Virus record (IMG/VR): IMGVR_UViG_3300016649_000227
Location: 1 to 26,484 of that record
DNA from: a virus
Lineage: Duplodnaviria; Caudoviricetes
Direction: 5' to 3' (one strand)
Length of the DNA stretch: 26,484 nucleotides
Shown here: positions 26,036 through 26,484 of the stretch, piece after piece
Numbering within the stretch: position 1 is the stretch's first letter
Layout: each line of letters starts with the position of its first letter
Translations under genes and position numbers: made by a program
Notes under the pieces: generated by a model
The model's database searches: none
What the model was told of the DNA's origin: nothing
The model's input: the letters and a program-made list of their open reading frames with translations, nothing else

Positions 26036-26484
26036 TCAGTTAATTTTGCAACGCTTCTGAGCTTCAGTTGCATAGCCCTGAAGGTATTGAATTACTTCGG
26101 CGTCTCTGCTGGTTGACTCTCTGAGACTGAGAACAGCTGATCCACCTGCTGGCGTGAGGTCGATTTGTACTGCATCGCCCAGGCTGCCGCTCCCGGAAGT
26201 GCTGTTCCCGACGAGTTGGCAGGTGGCAAGGTTTGCTGCGGCGATTCGCACCCGGCGAGTACCAGCAGCAATATCAGTACGCAACTTCTCATTCTTAGCC
26301 AGTTCATCTGCCATTTCCTTCGTGTGCTTCGCATCCAGCGCCTGAAATGCTATCAGGGCCGCTTCTGTGCGCTTCTTCTGGGTGGTCAGGTCAATCACGG
26401 CCTGATCGCTTTGTTTCTTCAGCTCTGCGGTGTGGGCTTCATTCCGTTTGGAAGCATCAGCATCCCAGCGAAGCCCTTCTATCC
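26036..26484 (-). CDS. Rz: Rz-like inner-membrane spanin, 5'-truncated by the window edge
   Basis: Frame is open to the window end (..GLRWDAD..); coiled coil LDAKHTKEMAD..NEKLRTDIAAGTRRVRI, LQGY..C; contains a nested lipoprotein gene. Confidence 0.88.
   Translation of the reverse strand, partial: IEGLRWDADASKRNEAHTAELKKQSDQAVIDLTTQKKRTEAALIAFQALDAKHTKEMADELAKNEKLRTDIAAGTRRVRIAAANLATCQLVGNSTSGSGSLGDAVQIDLTPAGGSAVLSLRESTSRDAEVIQYLQGYATEAQKRCKIN
26092..26292 (-). CDS. Rz1: Rz1-like outer-membrane lipoprotein spanin nested in Rz
   Basis: +1 frame inside Rz; MRSCVLILLLVLAG-C lipobox, Pro-containing linker, AAWAMQ; the start could instead be 26307. Confidence 0.88.
   Translation of the reverse strand: MRSCVLILLLVLAGCESPQQTLPPANSSGTALPGAAAWAMQYKSTSRQQVDQLFSVSESQPAETPK

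Larger units (their letters stand above)
1..26484 (-). mobile_element. Lambdoid temperate siphophage: lysis end, complete head-tail module, att region and integrase
   Basis: Continuous canonical gene order Rz-HNH-terS-terL-portal-protease-capsid-neck-tail-J-fibre-att-int; no host housekeeping genes seen. Confidence 0.97.

Noticed and set aside
1394-26345. Many plus-strand and alternate-frame ORFs, e.g. 5004..5540, 13022..13480, 15986..16408, 20894..21325
   Set aside because: Shadow ORFs of well-supported minus-strand phage genes; only the nested Rz1 has a lipobox and precedent

Overview
The whole window is a temperate lambdoid siphophage of an Enterobacterales-type host, with an HK97-like head and a lambda/N15-like tail. 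On the minus strand the late operon runs: Rz/Rz1 spanins, small ORFs, two glycosyltransferase genes carrying three GT-like domains, HNH, probable cos, terS, terL, portal, ClpP-type protease, major capsid, neck genes, tail tube, G/GT frameshift chaperones, tape measure, M, L, K, a two-gene moron, I, J and a side fibre with a C-terminal SGNH esterase. Next comes a small LexA-box-controlled gene, then a probable att region into which a lambda-type integrase converges from the + strand. The top finding is a glycosyltransferase cassette beside HNH/cos, combined with capsid and tail tube proteins that both end in a short tail with a terminal Ser (PGAGS, QATS). This matches the virion O-glycosylation system known from mycobacteriophages, here in a phage of a Gram-negative host. 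All product calls rest on motif recognition and synteny; no database search was run.
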